Shown here piece by piece: positions 27,732 to 41,269 of a stretch of 64,000 bases of DNA (the stretch's first letter is position 1; every line of letters starts with the position of its first letter). Below the pieces are notes generated by a model that searched no databases, was not told where the DNA came from, and saw nothing but the letters and a program-made list of their open reading frames with translations. The DNA lies in contig NC_043014.1 of assembly GCF_006345805.1 (NCBI RefSeq), positions 52,390,001 through 52,454,000 on the forward strand, given 5' to 3'. The position numbers were made by a program, and so were the translations under genes. This stretch comes from Octopus sinensis (lineage: Eukaryota).

Positions 27732-29349
27732 TATATATATATATATATATATATATGGGGGTGTCTGTGTTTGTGTGTATGTAAAGAAAACAGGAAATGT
27801 AGATGTACTGATTAACCTCAATGATTATTTGATTCAATGGAAATAGGCTGCATCCCGTCTAACAGCTGTTTCTGCTTCAAATGTTGTATGGTATTGCCAT
27901 CGATAGGTGAAAATATATTAAAGTATTAACCATATTTGGTAATAAAACCGATCTGAAGCAAGGAGCCGCATTAGAGTGACGAATAAATAAAGAAGAATAT
28001 AGAGAAGAAAAAGGGTAAAGTTGAATATGGTTGTAAGTAAAAGACTAAACAAAAATAGCAATTGGTGGATTAATGCTTTTTACAGGTGGGGGGACGGGAT
28101 GGATAAGTAATAAGAAAAGCAAAAAAATATAGGGATATGCCCATGGGTTTTAGTCATAGATGGGGTGTAGATGTAGGTTTTTTGATTAATCATTATTTAC
28201 AATAGTTACGTGTATAGTACAAATTGATAATAAGAATCACAAAGTGCTAATCGGTTGATTGTAATTTATTTATTGACTAATACGTGGTTAAGCCCTTCTA
28301 CCTATTATTCGAAGTGTGATAAGCCAAGTTCCAGTGTTCGATGTAATTGGTCAGTTGAAATTTAAAAACAAATGACCAGCTATTGAGCGTTATACGGCGT
28401 AAGATAAATAAATAAATAAATGATTAGGAAGATGGTGTATGTTGTAAGGAGCCCTAAAACGCTTAGGGAGGTAGAAACTAGATTGAAAAGAAATATTATG
28501 GAATAAATATTAAGAGAGGAGCCTATTCGGACAATTAGGAAGTAAAGCGGTGAGGGTTGGAAATGCTTCAACAGTTTGTTAATATAAGCGCGAAATTAGA
28601 AAAGGCATTAATACTGTAGGAAAGTTATTGAAATATTTCTGGTTAAGAGGAGGTAATAACTAAGGTAAGTGGCCAAAATGTGTGATTGTTAGGTGCAGTG
28701 CATCGAAATTAATAAAACGAGGGGAATTGTCTAAATAACAGGTAAGTTTCAAGTCGAGTGAATGAACGTGTAAATTATAAATGCACCTAACCGAGACTGG
28801 CACTCACGAGAGGGCGCTACAATGCAAATAATTTGTTCACAAGAAAAGCTGAATGTAGTTGTCCTTATGCTGGACTGCAACGTCCATCTTGATTCGGCAG
28901 CGTTGCAAAAATTTCTTACCCCTTCAGACAGACGACAACGACAGGTAGGGGCCTTATCAATGAGTACATTGGCAAGTACTTTTAAAATTATGTGATCCTT
29001 TCAGGCATATTTAGTTGCGATTTACATCAAGTAATGACATCATTTAGAGATCCCATTTTCAGAATCCGATCGACAATATTTCACAGTTCATTAAGTCATT
29101 TCAACAACCATAACGTTCGTCTCTGGGCGTATGCCTTCTGTAGGAGATCTGGGAGAATAAAATGTTGTTGGACCTTGCTCCCTATCCTGGTGTTTGCATA
29201 TGTCATAATACCTTATTGTTACAATAATTACACTGAAGTTGTGCTACGTATTGCTTTTACGAGGCTTTAGTTGGTCATATCGATCCCCAAGGCGTATTTC
29301 TATGGTTGCTAATTATTTTAGCGAATCCTATTTATCGCACCGCTAGTTT

Positions 29350-29700
29350 GGGGACAATGGGATTAACAATTTCGCTTTGCAAATTGTGGTTTCCACGTCG
29401 GTTTCACTGCAGGGCTCTTAGGATAACTATCATGCGCTATAACTGATTTACCAGTGCCTTATGAGTTCCATTCACGGAAATTGTGACAGCTCATCGTATA
29501 TGTATATGTGCGTGTGTGTATTCGCGTACGCACTTTCGCATGTATAAATGTGTTTTTATCTCCCGCTACTTGGCGACCTTTGTCAGTTTATTTACGTCTC
29601 CGTAAAATAGCCGTTTGGCAAAAGGAACCCAATGAATAAGATAACAGTCTTGCAAAATTATAGAGGGGTCGATACGGTCGAGTAAACCCTTCATAAATAG
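29350..29700 (+). mobile_element. Old diverged SINE B
   Basis: Collinear degenerate match, including the internal microsatellite. Confidence 0.55.
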
Positions 29701-31046
29701 TATTTTCCCAAATTAATATCTTTTTCAGTGATTCTTTTCATATTTCTGATCGTTAACAACAACAAAATTAACACAGAAATTCATACACACACACACACAC
29801 ACGATATATACTGACACCATACACATAATTCTTGCACTTCAAATTCTGTCAATGCACAGTTACACACACAAGCAGATACAAGCACGTACGTAGACTGTGT
29901 CGTTGGCACAGCGACTGCAAGTTTAACTGCAAAGGCATTGATGGGCCTTAAAGCAGATTAGAGAAATGGTAACAAATGCGAGGTCAAATTGTTACGAAAC
30001 ACTTCCTAACCACGCAACCATGCTTTCAACGGCAAGAAACATTTTTACTCTCTTTTTATCACAATAAATTTCTTCACAGTTTTATGTATTATATAAATGT
30101 GTTTCTCACAGAATGATATTTAAAACATACAGTCTGTATAAACACAAAATAAATAACAATAATAGTAAATACTGATCGATAAAAGCATAAATAACCATAA
30201 GAATACTAAAAACGATCAATGCTTTTTTTTTATGTTTCGCAAAAATGTGAATTTGTAAAGCATTTTGAATGAAAATAAATTAAGACATAACTCATCTAAT
30301 CATTGTTTTTTACCCTTCAGAATAGTCTATAAATCAATGGAAGAGGTAATCTTTTAAGTTATGTATTAACACAAATACCGCAATTTCTTACATGAACAAC
30401 TATTTATTAGACTTGCTAGATTTTTTTTAAACACATGAAAGATATTGTGTTGTTGTCATGTTTACTACATATTTATTTTTCTATTCTTTTTTCTCAAAAT
30501 TTCTTTTTCTCTCCCTCTCTCATCTTGTACTCTGTCTTCTCTCCTGTGTATACACTCGTAAGTGAGCAATTTTCTTGAATTATACTTTAAAGATTTCTAA
30601 CCACAATTTTTTTTTCTTAACATAGACTGTAGATACTTGTATGTGTATTAATGTAAGAAAAACAAAATAAAAAAGTAGACAGGTGTATTTTTTTCTACGT
30701 TAGCAAAAACCGTAGTATTTAGAATCCATTCACCTGGTATATACTTACATAACTATGTTTGGACTAATGTGAATAATGAATTGTAAAGAATTATTATCAT
30801 AATCTCCATTCGTGTAGGGAATATCGGTCAACAAATGCAGAGCAAAGAGAGATTTAAAATGGCCGCTCGAGATGCAGTGCAAGCAAATCTCCTGCGTATC
30901 AAATACGTTAAGAGGTATTAAATGGTGGGGAGATAGAGATATACGAATGAAATACGGGATACACAAAGCTTGGAATATGTTCATCATAGGCTTCCTAGCA
31001 CATGGTCAACCAAGTGTTAGTAAACAGCAACTAAATATATGTTATT

Positions 31047-31307
31047 CTTGTTTGATCTTTCTTGAGCCGTGCCTGGCTCATAAGGGCCGGTTTCCTTGGC
31101 GTAGGTGAGCTGCAAGATACAGGAGGAAAGAATGAGAGAAAGTTGTGACGGAAGAGTCAGCAGAAGTTCGCCATTACCTTCTGCCGGAGCCGCGTGTTGC
31201 TTAGGTGTTTTCGCTCATAAACACACACATCTCTCGGTCTGATATTCGAACCCGCGATGCCTCGACCGCGAGTCCGCTGCTCTAACCACTAGGCCATGTG
31301 CCTCCAC
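31047..31307 (-). mobile_element. SINE family A (short form)
   Basis: Head GGAGGCACATGGCCTAGTGGTTAGAGC, B box GGTTCGAAT. 14-bp TSD AAATATATGTTATT at 31033-31046 and 31308-31321. Confidence 0.9.
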
Positions 31308-32001
31308 AAATATATGTTATTGTATCAATATTAATCAAATAACTAACAGCAGTATTAGGGGTGACCGAAGTGATGGCTACGGGTAGTTGCTATTAAACTT
31401 TTATCAATTCCTGCTGATGAGATGACTAGCCGAAAGGCTTTCGAACATGTGTGCACATATTTGCTTCCATATTACTCAGACTTATTTCTTGGTAAAGAAT
31501 AAAATGTTTTGAATGACACAACAACGCACTATAATAACTGTTGTGATTTAATCATCCATAGTCTGATATAATATTTCTTTGTAAGACATGGGGATAACAC
31601 TATAATGACTTGAATATTGTTTCCGAAGCCTTTCATACCGAGTTCAAATCTAACCAACGTCAAATTTGACACTTATTTCGTGATCAAAATAAAAGTAACA
31701 TTGTATCTAAAGCAGTCTTATAGTCCATAGCTTATTTCTTAGATGCTATACAGTGTTTGCATTTCGGTACGGTTCCACTGAGAGTTGAAAAGCTGTTTAG
31801 GTGCCGGAGACCAAATACGCTCATTCACACATATTTGATTAGAAGTTTGGACAAGTAAATCTGCAACCAACAGAAAGAAATCAGTATTAACGTAATCTTT
31901 ATTATGATCAAAAAAGATCTTACACAGAGAGGGACATTACAAGACAAACACGAAGTCAGTATTAACCTGACATGTTTCACTCTAGTAGGTTGAAATGTGT
32001 A

Positions 32002-32285
32002 GGTACTAGTAGCGTAGACTGGACCCGGTTTGCGCAGACGCGCATCCGTGCTAGCTAGAGGTAGGCAGTCGATCCTACGAGCTGACTGGCGCATGCATGA
32101 TATATACTTGTATATATCGTATGCAAACACTTGTATATATACTTGTATATATCGTATACAAGTATATATATCGATACAAGTATATATCGTGCATGCGCCA
32201 GTCAGCTCGTAGGATCGACTGCCCAAGTCTGGCTAGCGCTGACGCGCGTCTGCGCATACCGAGTCCAGTCTACGCTACTAGTACC
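32002..32285. mobile_element. GC-rich palindromic MITE-like element
   Basis: ~110-bp arms beginning GGTACTAGTAGCGTAGACTGGAC. The centre is built of ATATACTTGTATATATCG repeats. Confidence 0.75.
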
Positions 32286-33837
32286 AAATGGGGGTATATA
32301 TATATATACATACAAAGAAAAATACATACTTAATATGCATATGTACACATGTTCCGCCCTCCATGGATATATTTAAATTGAAGAGACCCGAACACAAATG
32401 TTGCTTAACTGTGAATTTTGTTCCCAGTCTTAAAAGCCTGAGAAAAGTGGCTGGTGACTTAGCCTTTCAGTTTATCTATTACACAATCCACGCAGCAACT
32501 GAGGCTGCGCTTTTGTGGCCCTTAAAAGGAAAATAAATGAGCCAGCATTATTTGTGCATTAGTAGTGGGTAAGCTTTTATATTACTTCATTGTGAACGAA
32601 GCACAATTGTGACACTACTCGGTTTGGATTATGTTTACAGTTTCAATATTTAAGATTTTCTTTAACAATTAACTGCATATGTGATATTGATTTTCAATAT
32701 GAAATCAAAATAAAATAAAAGTATTCAATATAAAATCGTAATTTTTTTTCAATAGTAAAATGAAAAACAAAAATTGAAATTAAAGGCTTATACGCGTAAA
32801 ACAAAAAAAATTATAACATCCTTGGAAAATATTGAATATGAACCCGTCTGGTTAGCCGAAATTTATGAGTGTCTAGTTCATATATTTTCGGGGGGTGTCA
32901 GGGTTGTTGCCGATATTATACAATGAATTTTTTTTAAATATACTAATTCTGAAATGATATTCTGGAAATCAAAACATATATATAGATATACTGTTCTTCT
33001 TGGCAACGGTCAGTTGTCCCCGCCATTTCTTTTAACCATGATATTTGGGGGTTAAACATTCCATACGCCACATCATTATTGTCCAAATGAACGTAAATCA
33101 AAACTTTGGAATATAATTGACTTGAATGTTTTCTAAAGTAAAATAAAAGCCACTTACCTTCTCAGACCAAAATACAAACACATGGAAAGCTATTAATCAA
33201 AATATTTAGTAAAACAGGCAAAATTGTTCAACATGTTATGTGTTAATATCTCAAACACAAACCAAGTCGAACCGAACAGGTAAGCCATTCAGTACAACAT
33301 GGTTTCCATTTTTTTTTTTGCAATGCTAAAATAGATTTACAGGATTACACAACTATGGGAAGTCTTTGCGAACAAAAAACAAACGAAATTACATCTACTC
33401 TGCCTAAATGTACATATCTGTGTGAGTACCATTGTTTTTTTGCTTTTTTTTGTATGAGAAACATTAAAGAATCGTGGAAACATATACTGTTTTGGAAACG
33501 ACAAAATTTTAGAAATAGAATGTACATTTATGTATTACTCTGCCTGACAATAACTCAATTTATTTTTCTTTTTAAGCCTAGGCGTTTGTTGCTTTATTAA
33601 CTCGAGACCGAGATTAATCAACTTTTGCGAATAACATTGACATACTTTCATACTAAACTAAACAAAAGCCACGTACATTCGAAGATAAAACTAAGAGACT
33701 ACACCATGAAATATTATTAATTTAATTTCTTGTAAAAACAGGTGCAAATATCGAACATATTATTGTGAATCAAAAGTTTTGCAAATTGTTGATAAATTAA
33801 TTCTTTTATTCGACAAGTTATAACAAAAGCAACCTAG

Positions 33838-34600
33838 TATTCGAATGGAGACCATTCTGTGGTACCGTTTAAAACCATTTTCCTGCCGGTTCTTTGATCC
33901 TATGTTGATACTAGTTCTCCTTCGAGGTAAAGAATTTTCGTCACTGATGCGGCCACCTCATCTTTGTTGATGAAACGTCGCAGGAATTGAGCCATGGATC
34001 AGAAGTAAAAATCTGAGGAGGCTGGAATATATGCTGTGTATGACATCACTTAGATTTCCTCAAGCTTCTTGAATTTATTCCGGGTCGTTCTGGCTGTATG
34101 AGGTTTTGCATGGTGGCGAGCTGGCAGAAACGTTAGCACGCCGGCCGAAATGCGTAGCTGTATTTCGTCTGCCGTTACGTTGTGAGTTCAAATTCCGTCG
34201 AGGTCGACTTTGCCTCTTATCCTTTCGAGGTCGATTAAATATGTACCAGTTACGCGCTGGGGTCGATATAATCGACTTAATCTGTTTGTCCTCTCTGTGT
34301 TTAGCCCCTTGTGGGTAGTAAACAAATAGGTATGAGATTTTGCGTAGTCTTGCTTCCGAATAGTTTTCTGCAGTGACATACACTTAGCTCTAGCTGTTCG
34401 GGGTACAGGTTGTTGTCGACGGTTGGAGCGTCCGAAATCAATTCATAGTGAATTATCCCCTTTAATTCTTTCTAACGCAGTGCATCATCTTGTGTTAGAA
34501 ACACTCACGTTTGGAAACTATTCCCGGAAGCTGACCCTTGCTAAACCCCAGCTTATGCAGGTTAGGATTACAACAAAATACCTTCTTTGGATTACAACTT
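33838..34600 (-). pseudogene. Decayed mariner (DD34D-type) transposase, C-terminal half
   Basis: Minus frames read GIIHYELI, QDYAKPHTARTTRNK, AYIPASSDF (cf. YSPDLAPSDF) and GKWF*TVPQNGLH, with stops and frameshifts. Interrupted by a SINE. Confidence 0.85.
34110..34329 (+). mobile_element. SINE M, full length (central domain resembles the Meta-SINE domain)
   Basis: Head GGTGGCGAGCTGGCAGAAACG, B box GAGTTCAAATTC. 14-bp TSD GTATGAG(G/A)TTTTGC at 34096-34109 and 34330-34343. Confidence 0.9.
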
Positions 34601-34609
34601 GTTCAGATC

Positions 34610-34780
34610 TCTAGTTAAATTCCTGATCGCGCGACGCTATATCAAGTAGGAGGAAGTGCAAGCTTCAATCAAGTGCCTCCTCTCGGAGGAAAAGAACCGG
34701 TTTCATCGTGGAATGAAAGAACTAGCAGAAAGGTAGTTTCACACGGTGCAACACGATAGGGCACTACTTAAATACAGAGG
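34610..34780 (+). pseudogene. Inverted fragment of a related mariner C-terminus
   Basis: EEVQASIK...FHRGMKELAER*FHTVQHD resembles the mariner terminal GIxxLxxRWxKxI motif. Confidence 0.6.
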
Positions 34781-35420
34781 TCCCCATGCACCAACGTAAC
34801 AGTATGTTTTACAGTGAACACTCATTAGGTAGTTATAGTTACTTAGAGTTGGTTAGGATGACGCAGATGCGCCGAGACCTCTGTATTTATGTAGTACCTA
34901 CGATCGTCCCAAATTTAAATGCTAGCCTGCTTTTTTGTAGTATCTTGACAAATAAAGCAAATAATTTAATAACCACATTGTAAACCCTTTTGACTCAGTA
35001 CAATATATCAAGCGAAAATTAAGTGAAAAATTGAAATATTAATTAGAATTTTTTTTTTTTTTTTGGCAATACTAAAATTAAATTGACTTACCTGAAATGC
35101 ACCATTACAATCTTGATATATAATAGATTTAAAATCCTTGGGAGAAAAAGTCTTCATAAAGTTGTTTCGTTTTAATGAAAGAAAACACGTCAGATTTGCC
35201 CATGTTCAATAATTGTAACAGTTATTTCTCACACATATTCAAAGATATTTCAGAAAGAAGCTCAGGTACAGGCTTTCAAATCTACAGGAACGTATTGTAG
35301 TGTTACAGCTTTTGAACTCAATAAAACAATAATAATTATTAATGTGACTAGGTTGCGATAGAAAAATTTAAGAGAGAGATTTATCCCATCAAGTCGATGC
35401 GAATACTTGACTAGACCTAA

Positions 35421-37180
35421 GGCGGCGAGTTGACAAAGCAGCGGTATTTCGTCAGCCTTTACGTCATGATTAAGAACCGAGGTGCTTAAATGAAAACAAT
35501 ACTTTACGTCCTGAGTTCAAATTCCGCCGAGGTCGACTTTACCTTTTATCCTTTCGGGGTCGATAAATTAAGGACCAGTTACGCACTGGGGTCGATATAA
35601 TCGACTTAATCCGTTTGTCTGTCCTTGTTTGTCCTCTCTGTGTTTAGCCCCTTGTGGGTAGTAAAGAAATAGGTATTTCGTCAGCCTTTACGTCATGATT
35701 AAGAACCGGGGTGCTTAAATGAAAATAATACTTTACGTTCTGATTTCGAATTCCGCCGATGTCGGCTTTGCGATTTATTCTTTCGTAGTAGAGAATATAA
35801 GTAGCAGTTGAACACTTTTCAGCCTTGGAAATACAAAAAAAACAAAGTATATTTCGATATGATCCAACAGGCTAATCAATCAATAATTCATTTTAAGGCG
35901 GTAATCTGGCGGAATCGCTAGCAAGGCGGGCGAAATGTTCCCTTTCATTCTTTTGAGATCAATAGAAAAATGTACCAGTTGTGTGCTGGGCTCGATGTAA
36001 TCGGTTTATCCGCCCTCTGCGAAATTGCTGACCTTGTGCCAAAATTTGCGTAAAGCCAGCAGTGTTGGGGGCAGGATGTTAAATGAAAGGATGAAGGGCA
36101 AGTTTGAGCTAGTTGGGATGTGAATGCATAATACAAAAGAGACGGAAGAGATGGCGCCAAGCATTCTGCCAGTTAGCCGTGGACTTAATTATAATAATTC
36201 TTTAAATTTTGAGGTAGTCTGTTTAATTAGATTGCAGTACTCAGATGTCGTTTAATTTATCGATCCCGAAAAGATAAAAGTCAGAATCAAAACGGAGCCT
36301 ATTGGAACTCAAAACCTCAGATCGTAAAGTGCCGGATAAAAAAAATAGCAAGAATTACCGTTAAATATTTTGTCCGAAGTGTTAGCCGTTCTCTTTACTC
36401 GCTGCATTCATAATAGTCCTTCCTATTTAGGCAAACAGACTGAAAACTGGTGGGGTGGGAGTAGATTCCATGGATACCAGTACTAAACTGGTACATATTT
36501 TATACGCCCAACAAACAATTAACGCCAAAGCCGACCTCGACGTAGTTTGAACTCAGAGCGTAAAGACGGACGTAATGTCGCTACGCATTTTCTCTGCCGC
36601 GCTAACGATTCAGCCATCTAATGGTTTCAATATTGGCAAAAAGTCAGCAGTCTTTTTATTTATTGCTCTTTTCTTTTGAGTTGTGGGGGGGTGATTATAT
36701 CGATATCAATCACCAACTGGTACTTACTTCATCGATCTCGATGTAATTTGAACTCCGGACGAAATGCCGCTAGGTATTTAGCCCGGCGTGGTATCGTTCT
36801 GGAAGCTCACCTTCACAAGAATAAAACTTCCTTTTTTTCTATATTCCAAAGGTCTTAATTTTTTATGTAGGGACTAATCGATTGCATTGACCCCAGTTCG
36901 TGACTGGTACTTGCTTTTATCGACCCCGACAAATGAAAGGGAAGTCAGCCGCATTCTGGCCAACTCAGGGGACTGGATGCTGGGCGAAATGCTTAGCGCC
37001 ATTTCATCTGTCTTTTAGGTTCTGAGTACAAATTCCGCCGAGGTCGACTTTGCCTTTCATCCTATCAGCGTCGATAAATTAAGTACCAGTTGCGTATTGG
37101 GGGTCGATCTAATCGACTAGCCCCCCACAAAAGAGAAAAAAATAATTCGGGCCTTGTGCCTAGAGTCGAAAAGAATATTC
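35421..37180. mobile_element. Dense nest of SINE M copies and fragments in both orientations
   Basis: Repeated core motif. Tandem pair at 35421-35815 and a near-full copy at ~36975-37175. Confidence 0.8.
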
Positions 37181-38294
37181 TTGTCGCTGAGCAGCTTCTG
37201 TTGATCGAATTTCAATATTTTTAAAATAATGCAATATAACCTATTAACTTATATGGACAGTAAAACGAAGAAAGAAGCATTAAAAAAAATCAAAACAAAA
37301 ACACAAGAAATATAAGCGGAGATATTTACAAATCTTCAAAGCACACACCCTACTTTTATATACAGATTATATTTTTATATCGTGTTTAAAAATGACGCAC
37401 GAATAACATAACGAGTATATTTATTCGCATACTTTGTCACTTTGTTGACAAAAATATAGCATGATATACATACATACATATATATATATATGTATATATG
37501 TGTATATATATACACGCACAGAACTCGGCAAATTATCTATGTATGGTATGTTTATATTTATGTATATTATATTTTTTTTCAAAATCACTTTTGTTTCATC
37601 TTACCCATTCTACAAACAATAAATATATATCTAGATCAAAAGCTGTGATTTTTTTTTTCTTTTGAATAAGTAATATTAACTTTGTCGTCGAAATAGGCGG
37701 AGTGGCGGGCGAGTATATGTATGCAGAGGAGGGGCAGCGTTTAATGGAATAAACAAAATATTATTGCATCAAGAAACACAATATCGAAAGATTAATCTAT
37801 AAAATCACAGAAAGTCACATATTTTGCTGAAAATCTCGCGCCTTCTATGAACAGGCTGGAGAGACAATACAGATGGTGTGTACGAAATAAAAGCTAAGTT
37901 AAAGAAAGAAAACGACAAACATGCTACGGCAAAGAATACATTACATATTGTCAAAAGTGTATTATTTGATGTAATTTTTTTCTATCAGATATGGAATTTA
38001 TTGAGGAAATATATGTCGCTGTTACTCACTAAATGTAGTTCATACGCGTAAGAATGAGATTATTTTTCTCATTCTAAGTATCAATTTTTAGTCGAAATTC
38101 AATTTTAGATATTTGTGTCTGCAAATGTTTTCTTCACGCAGATATTTGATCGATAATTTGAATATTATTTTGGTAATTCGTTCCGCCTAATTCGAATACG
38201 AATATGAAAATCGCTGTTGTGCTTCGTCATTGGAAAATAGATTCTCCTGTACAGAGATATATGTTCATAACACGTTAGACTCATTAGGTCAAGG

Positions 38295-38362
38295 GAGGTC
38301 AGAACGCCCGCTGTTTCGACATCGGTGTGTCTCATCAGCCCGAAGCAACTTCGTACCAAAGA
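38295..38362 (-). ncRNA. Hammerhead-like motif with exact core and imperfect stems I and III
   Basis: UCGGG-CUGAUGA-GACA(caccga)UGUC-GAAAC-AGCGGGC-GUU-CUGA. Confidence 0.45.
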
Positions 38363-38680
38363 ATCAAACAAGAGTAAATGGTCTTGTTTGCAATCGATTA
38401 TGAATCGCCGTATGCAGGGTTAACAGTGGTACTCCAAACGGTGATTTCGTATTTTTGCTTTCAAATCTAGGTAGAAGGCCAACACATTGAGGGGTTCGGG
38501 CAGGCTGATTGCACCAGTATTACAAATAATATCAACTGATAATTATTTTATCGACTCACGGCATATATACATGTATATGCATGTATACGCGCGCACATGT
38601 ATATATACATACATATTTATATACATACACATATATATACGCATACATAAATATTTTTATGTATGTATGTATGTATGTAT

Positions 38681-38808
38681 AGCCACTACACATACTTTGT
38701 TTTCTCTCCTTGTTTCTTTCTCTGGAAGAGCCTAGGCTCGAAACTTTAAAAACTTTTTCACCTCCCGAGCGTTATACTAATACAACTGTTTTGTGAATTC
38801 CCCCTCTC
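38681..38808 (+). mobile_element. Family H copy, diverged
   Basis: GAAGAGCCTAGGCTCGAAAC motif. Tail-to-tail with the next copy. Confidence 0.65.
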
Positions 38809-38837
38809 TATATATATACATACATACATACATATAT

Positions 38838-39850
38838 AGCGAGAGTTTACGAAAAAAACAAAAGACGAAGACTGGTGGTATACAAAACAAACAGATGTAT
38901 TAGTATAACGCTCAGGAATAGAAAAAGACTATTACGTTTCGAGCCTCCGCTCTTCTACAGAAAGGGAAACAGAAAAAAAAAACAAGATCATCATCATCAT
39001 CATTGTTCGACCGTGGTCGAGACAATGGAATTTACTATGTTACGCCAGACTTCACGGTCCATCATAGCATTACGGAGGTCCTGTTGCTGGATGCCTGTAT
39101 CCCAGGAGATTACATCAGGGTAGGAGAGTGTGCGCCCTCTGGTATTGCGAGTAGATGGCTTCCAGAGGAGAAGAGTAGAACGTACCTCTTTTTCAGCTCT
39201 ACAACAATGTCCAGCAAACTGGACTCTCCTACCTTTCCCAAGAGATCACACAGGTGGTAGTTTCCCATATATTTGCATTTTGGTTGGATGGCGCTTCCAC
39301 GAGAGATTTTGAGCTCTCATAAGGAGGCGAGTGTAGGTTCCATCCAACCGCCTCTCAAGCTTCTTTGATAACGTCCAGGTTTCTGAGCCATATAGTAGAA
39401 TTGGTTCGACTGTGGCTTTGAATATTTCAAGTTTGAAGTCTCTACTTAGATTTGATGACCAGATCTTATGCATGTCATTACAGGCTGACCAGGCCATACC
39501 CTTTCTAGTTAGAAAGTCTTTTCCAGATGATGATATGTATGACCCAAGATATTTGTAATCAGAAACCATATTTAAGAGCGCACTGTTGAGAGTATGGATG
39601 ATGCAATCACTGTTGGACAGGCACTTGTTTATGTATTCAGTTTTGGTCTCATTGAGGTAAAGACCTACACAGTTTGAGGCTTGTTCAAGAGATTGTAAAA
39701 GAGATTGTAACACAAGAAGAGAAACAAGGAGAGAAAAAAAATGTGTGTAGTGGCTAACGATCTATCATGGCGACTGACTTCAGACAGAGGGGTTACACAG
39801 GAGAGGTAAGTAGTAGGGGAGATAATAAAGTAAAGATGACCCCGAACATG
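38838..39850 (-). mobile_element. Family H copy interrupted by an RTE LINE
   Basis: Motif at 38931-38964. The host sequence resumes at ~39711. Confidence 0.7.
38988..39710 (-). mobile_element. 5'-truncated RTE-clade LINE (RT C-terminus and thumb)
   Basis: GLYLNETKTEY, YKYLGS, ILLYGSETWTL, then after one in-frame TGA (39246-39248) FAGHC and DREVWR. (TGA)n tail. Short TSD ACAAGA. Confidence 0.93.
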
Positions 39851-39927
39851 TAGGTGCGTGTGTGTATAAGAGATATATACATATATACACACACATGTCT
39901 ATATATATACATATATATATATGTATG

Positions 39928-39958
<31 letters not shown>

Positions 39959-40896
39959 TATATATATACACGTATATATATGTATATGTAGACATTTAGG
40001 TGGATGTCTTTATATCACATTTACTGTTTTATGATTAAGAATATTTGTATCCGTGGAACTCTTCGTCGTTTAGAACATGGTTTTACAAAAATGTAATTTA
40101 AATTTTATTGTACAACTCAATGCACAGCATCACCATCGCTGGACAATATATCATCAGTTTTAAATATATTAGAAAATTATTAAAATATCTAATTAAGTTT
40201 AAGATTCAGAAAAACTATGACATTTGTCGCAATAATTCATCACATAAATTCGAGATTTATTTTATATTTGTAAAAATAGAATTGCATTCTTTTGTAGAAT
40301 TTTTTAGAAACAATGGAAGTATTTTGGAAGAAAATTGTGAGATTTGGAAATTATATGAAGCGAATAAATTAGAATGTTTTACATACATGAATGACAATTG
40401 AAATCCAACTATGAATATCTGTCTTCTAATCAGTTAGTATATCTCTCCTTCCCGCTCCGTCCCTCTCACAGATATATATATGGCCAATTATAAAAAAATA
40501 TATATAGTCGTACGTTAATCTGACAGGTTACCATGTACTTTTGCTGAGTATAAATTTATTATTCGTTGAAACTGTCAATAATATATATGTGTGTATGTGT
40601 GTGCGTGTATGCGACTGTGTATGTGGGAGTTGTGTATGCGTGGCAGTCCATATCTATGCGCATATGCATCTCCACGCGTACAGTAATGTGTGTATGCGTG
40701 TGTGTACGAACAATTTGTTCGAATTACCAAGTCTTTCGAAAGAAAGATCTTTCGATTTCGATAACACTGCACAGCATGTTGTGCAAAGGCCATGTTCTAC
40801 ATCTTCAGTTCTATGTAAACTTAGTGAGTGAGACAGGACAGAATGTAGCTAAAACACTCGGCTGTTGTTTACCTACTCTTTCGAAGGTGCTGTCTC

Positions 40897-41097
40897 TTCC
40901 TAATCTAGGCACAAGGCTCGAAATTTGGGGGGAGGGGGCCAATCGATTAGATCGACCCCACTACGCAACTGGTAATTAATTTATCAACCCCGAAAAGACG
41001 AAAGGCAAAGTTGATCTCAGCGGAATTTGAACTCAGACCGATGAAATGCCGCTGAGCAAAATGCTCACCGTGCCAAATTTCCTGCCAACTCGCCGCC
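40897..41097 (-). mobile_element. SINE M, alternative-tail subfamily
   Basis: 17-bp TSD TTTCGAAGGTG(C/A)TGTCT at 40880-40896 and 41098-41114. Confidence 0.85.
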
Positions 41098-41269
41098 TTT
41101 CGAAGGTGATGTCTTGCCACACACTTCGTTACGTCGATTCTGTTTGTAAATTACCTAATAAGGATAGAACTCTAAATAATGCTCAGCCACTGATTCCGTG
41201 ATTCAGAAACAAGTCAATGGAGAGAAATAAAGAAATCTCAGAAACAAGTCAATGGAGAGATCAAACATG

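Noticed and set aside
31405-31455. CTGATGA...GAAC-ATGT hammerhead-like string
   Set aside because: One A of GAAA is missing, G sits at the cleavage position, and there is no good stem I. At best a dead relic.
33150-35100. Isolated GTAAG donor-like sites (also near 28741 and 49900)
   Set aside because: No consistent exon with an acceptor and an open frame could be built.
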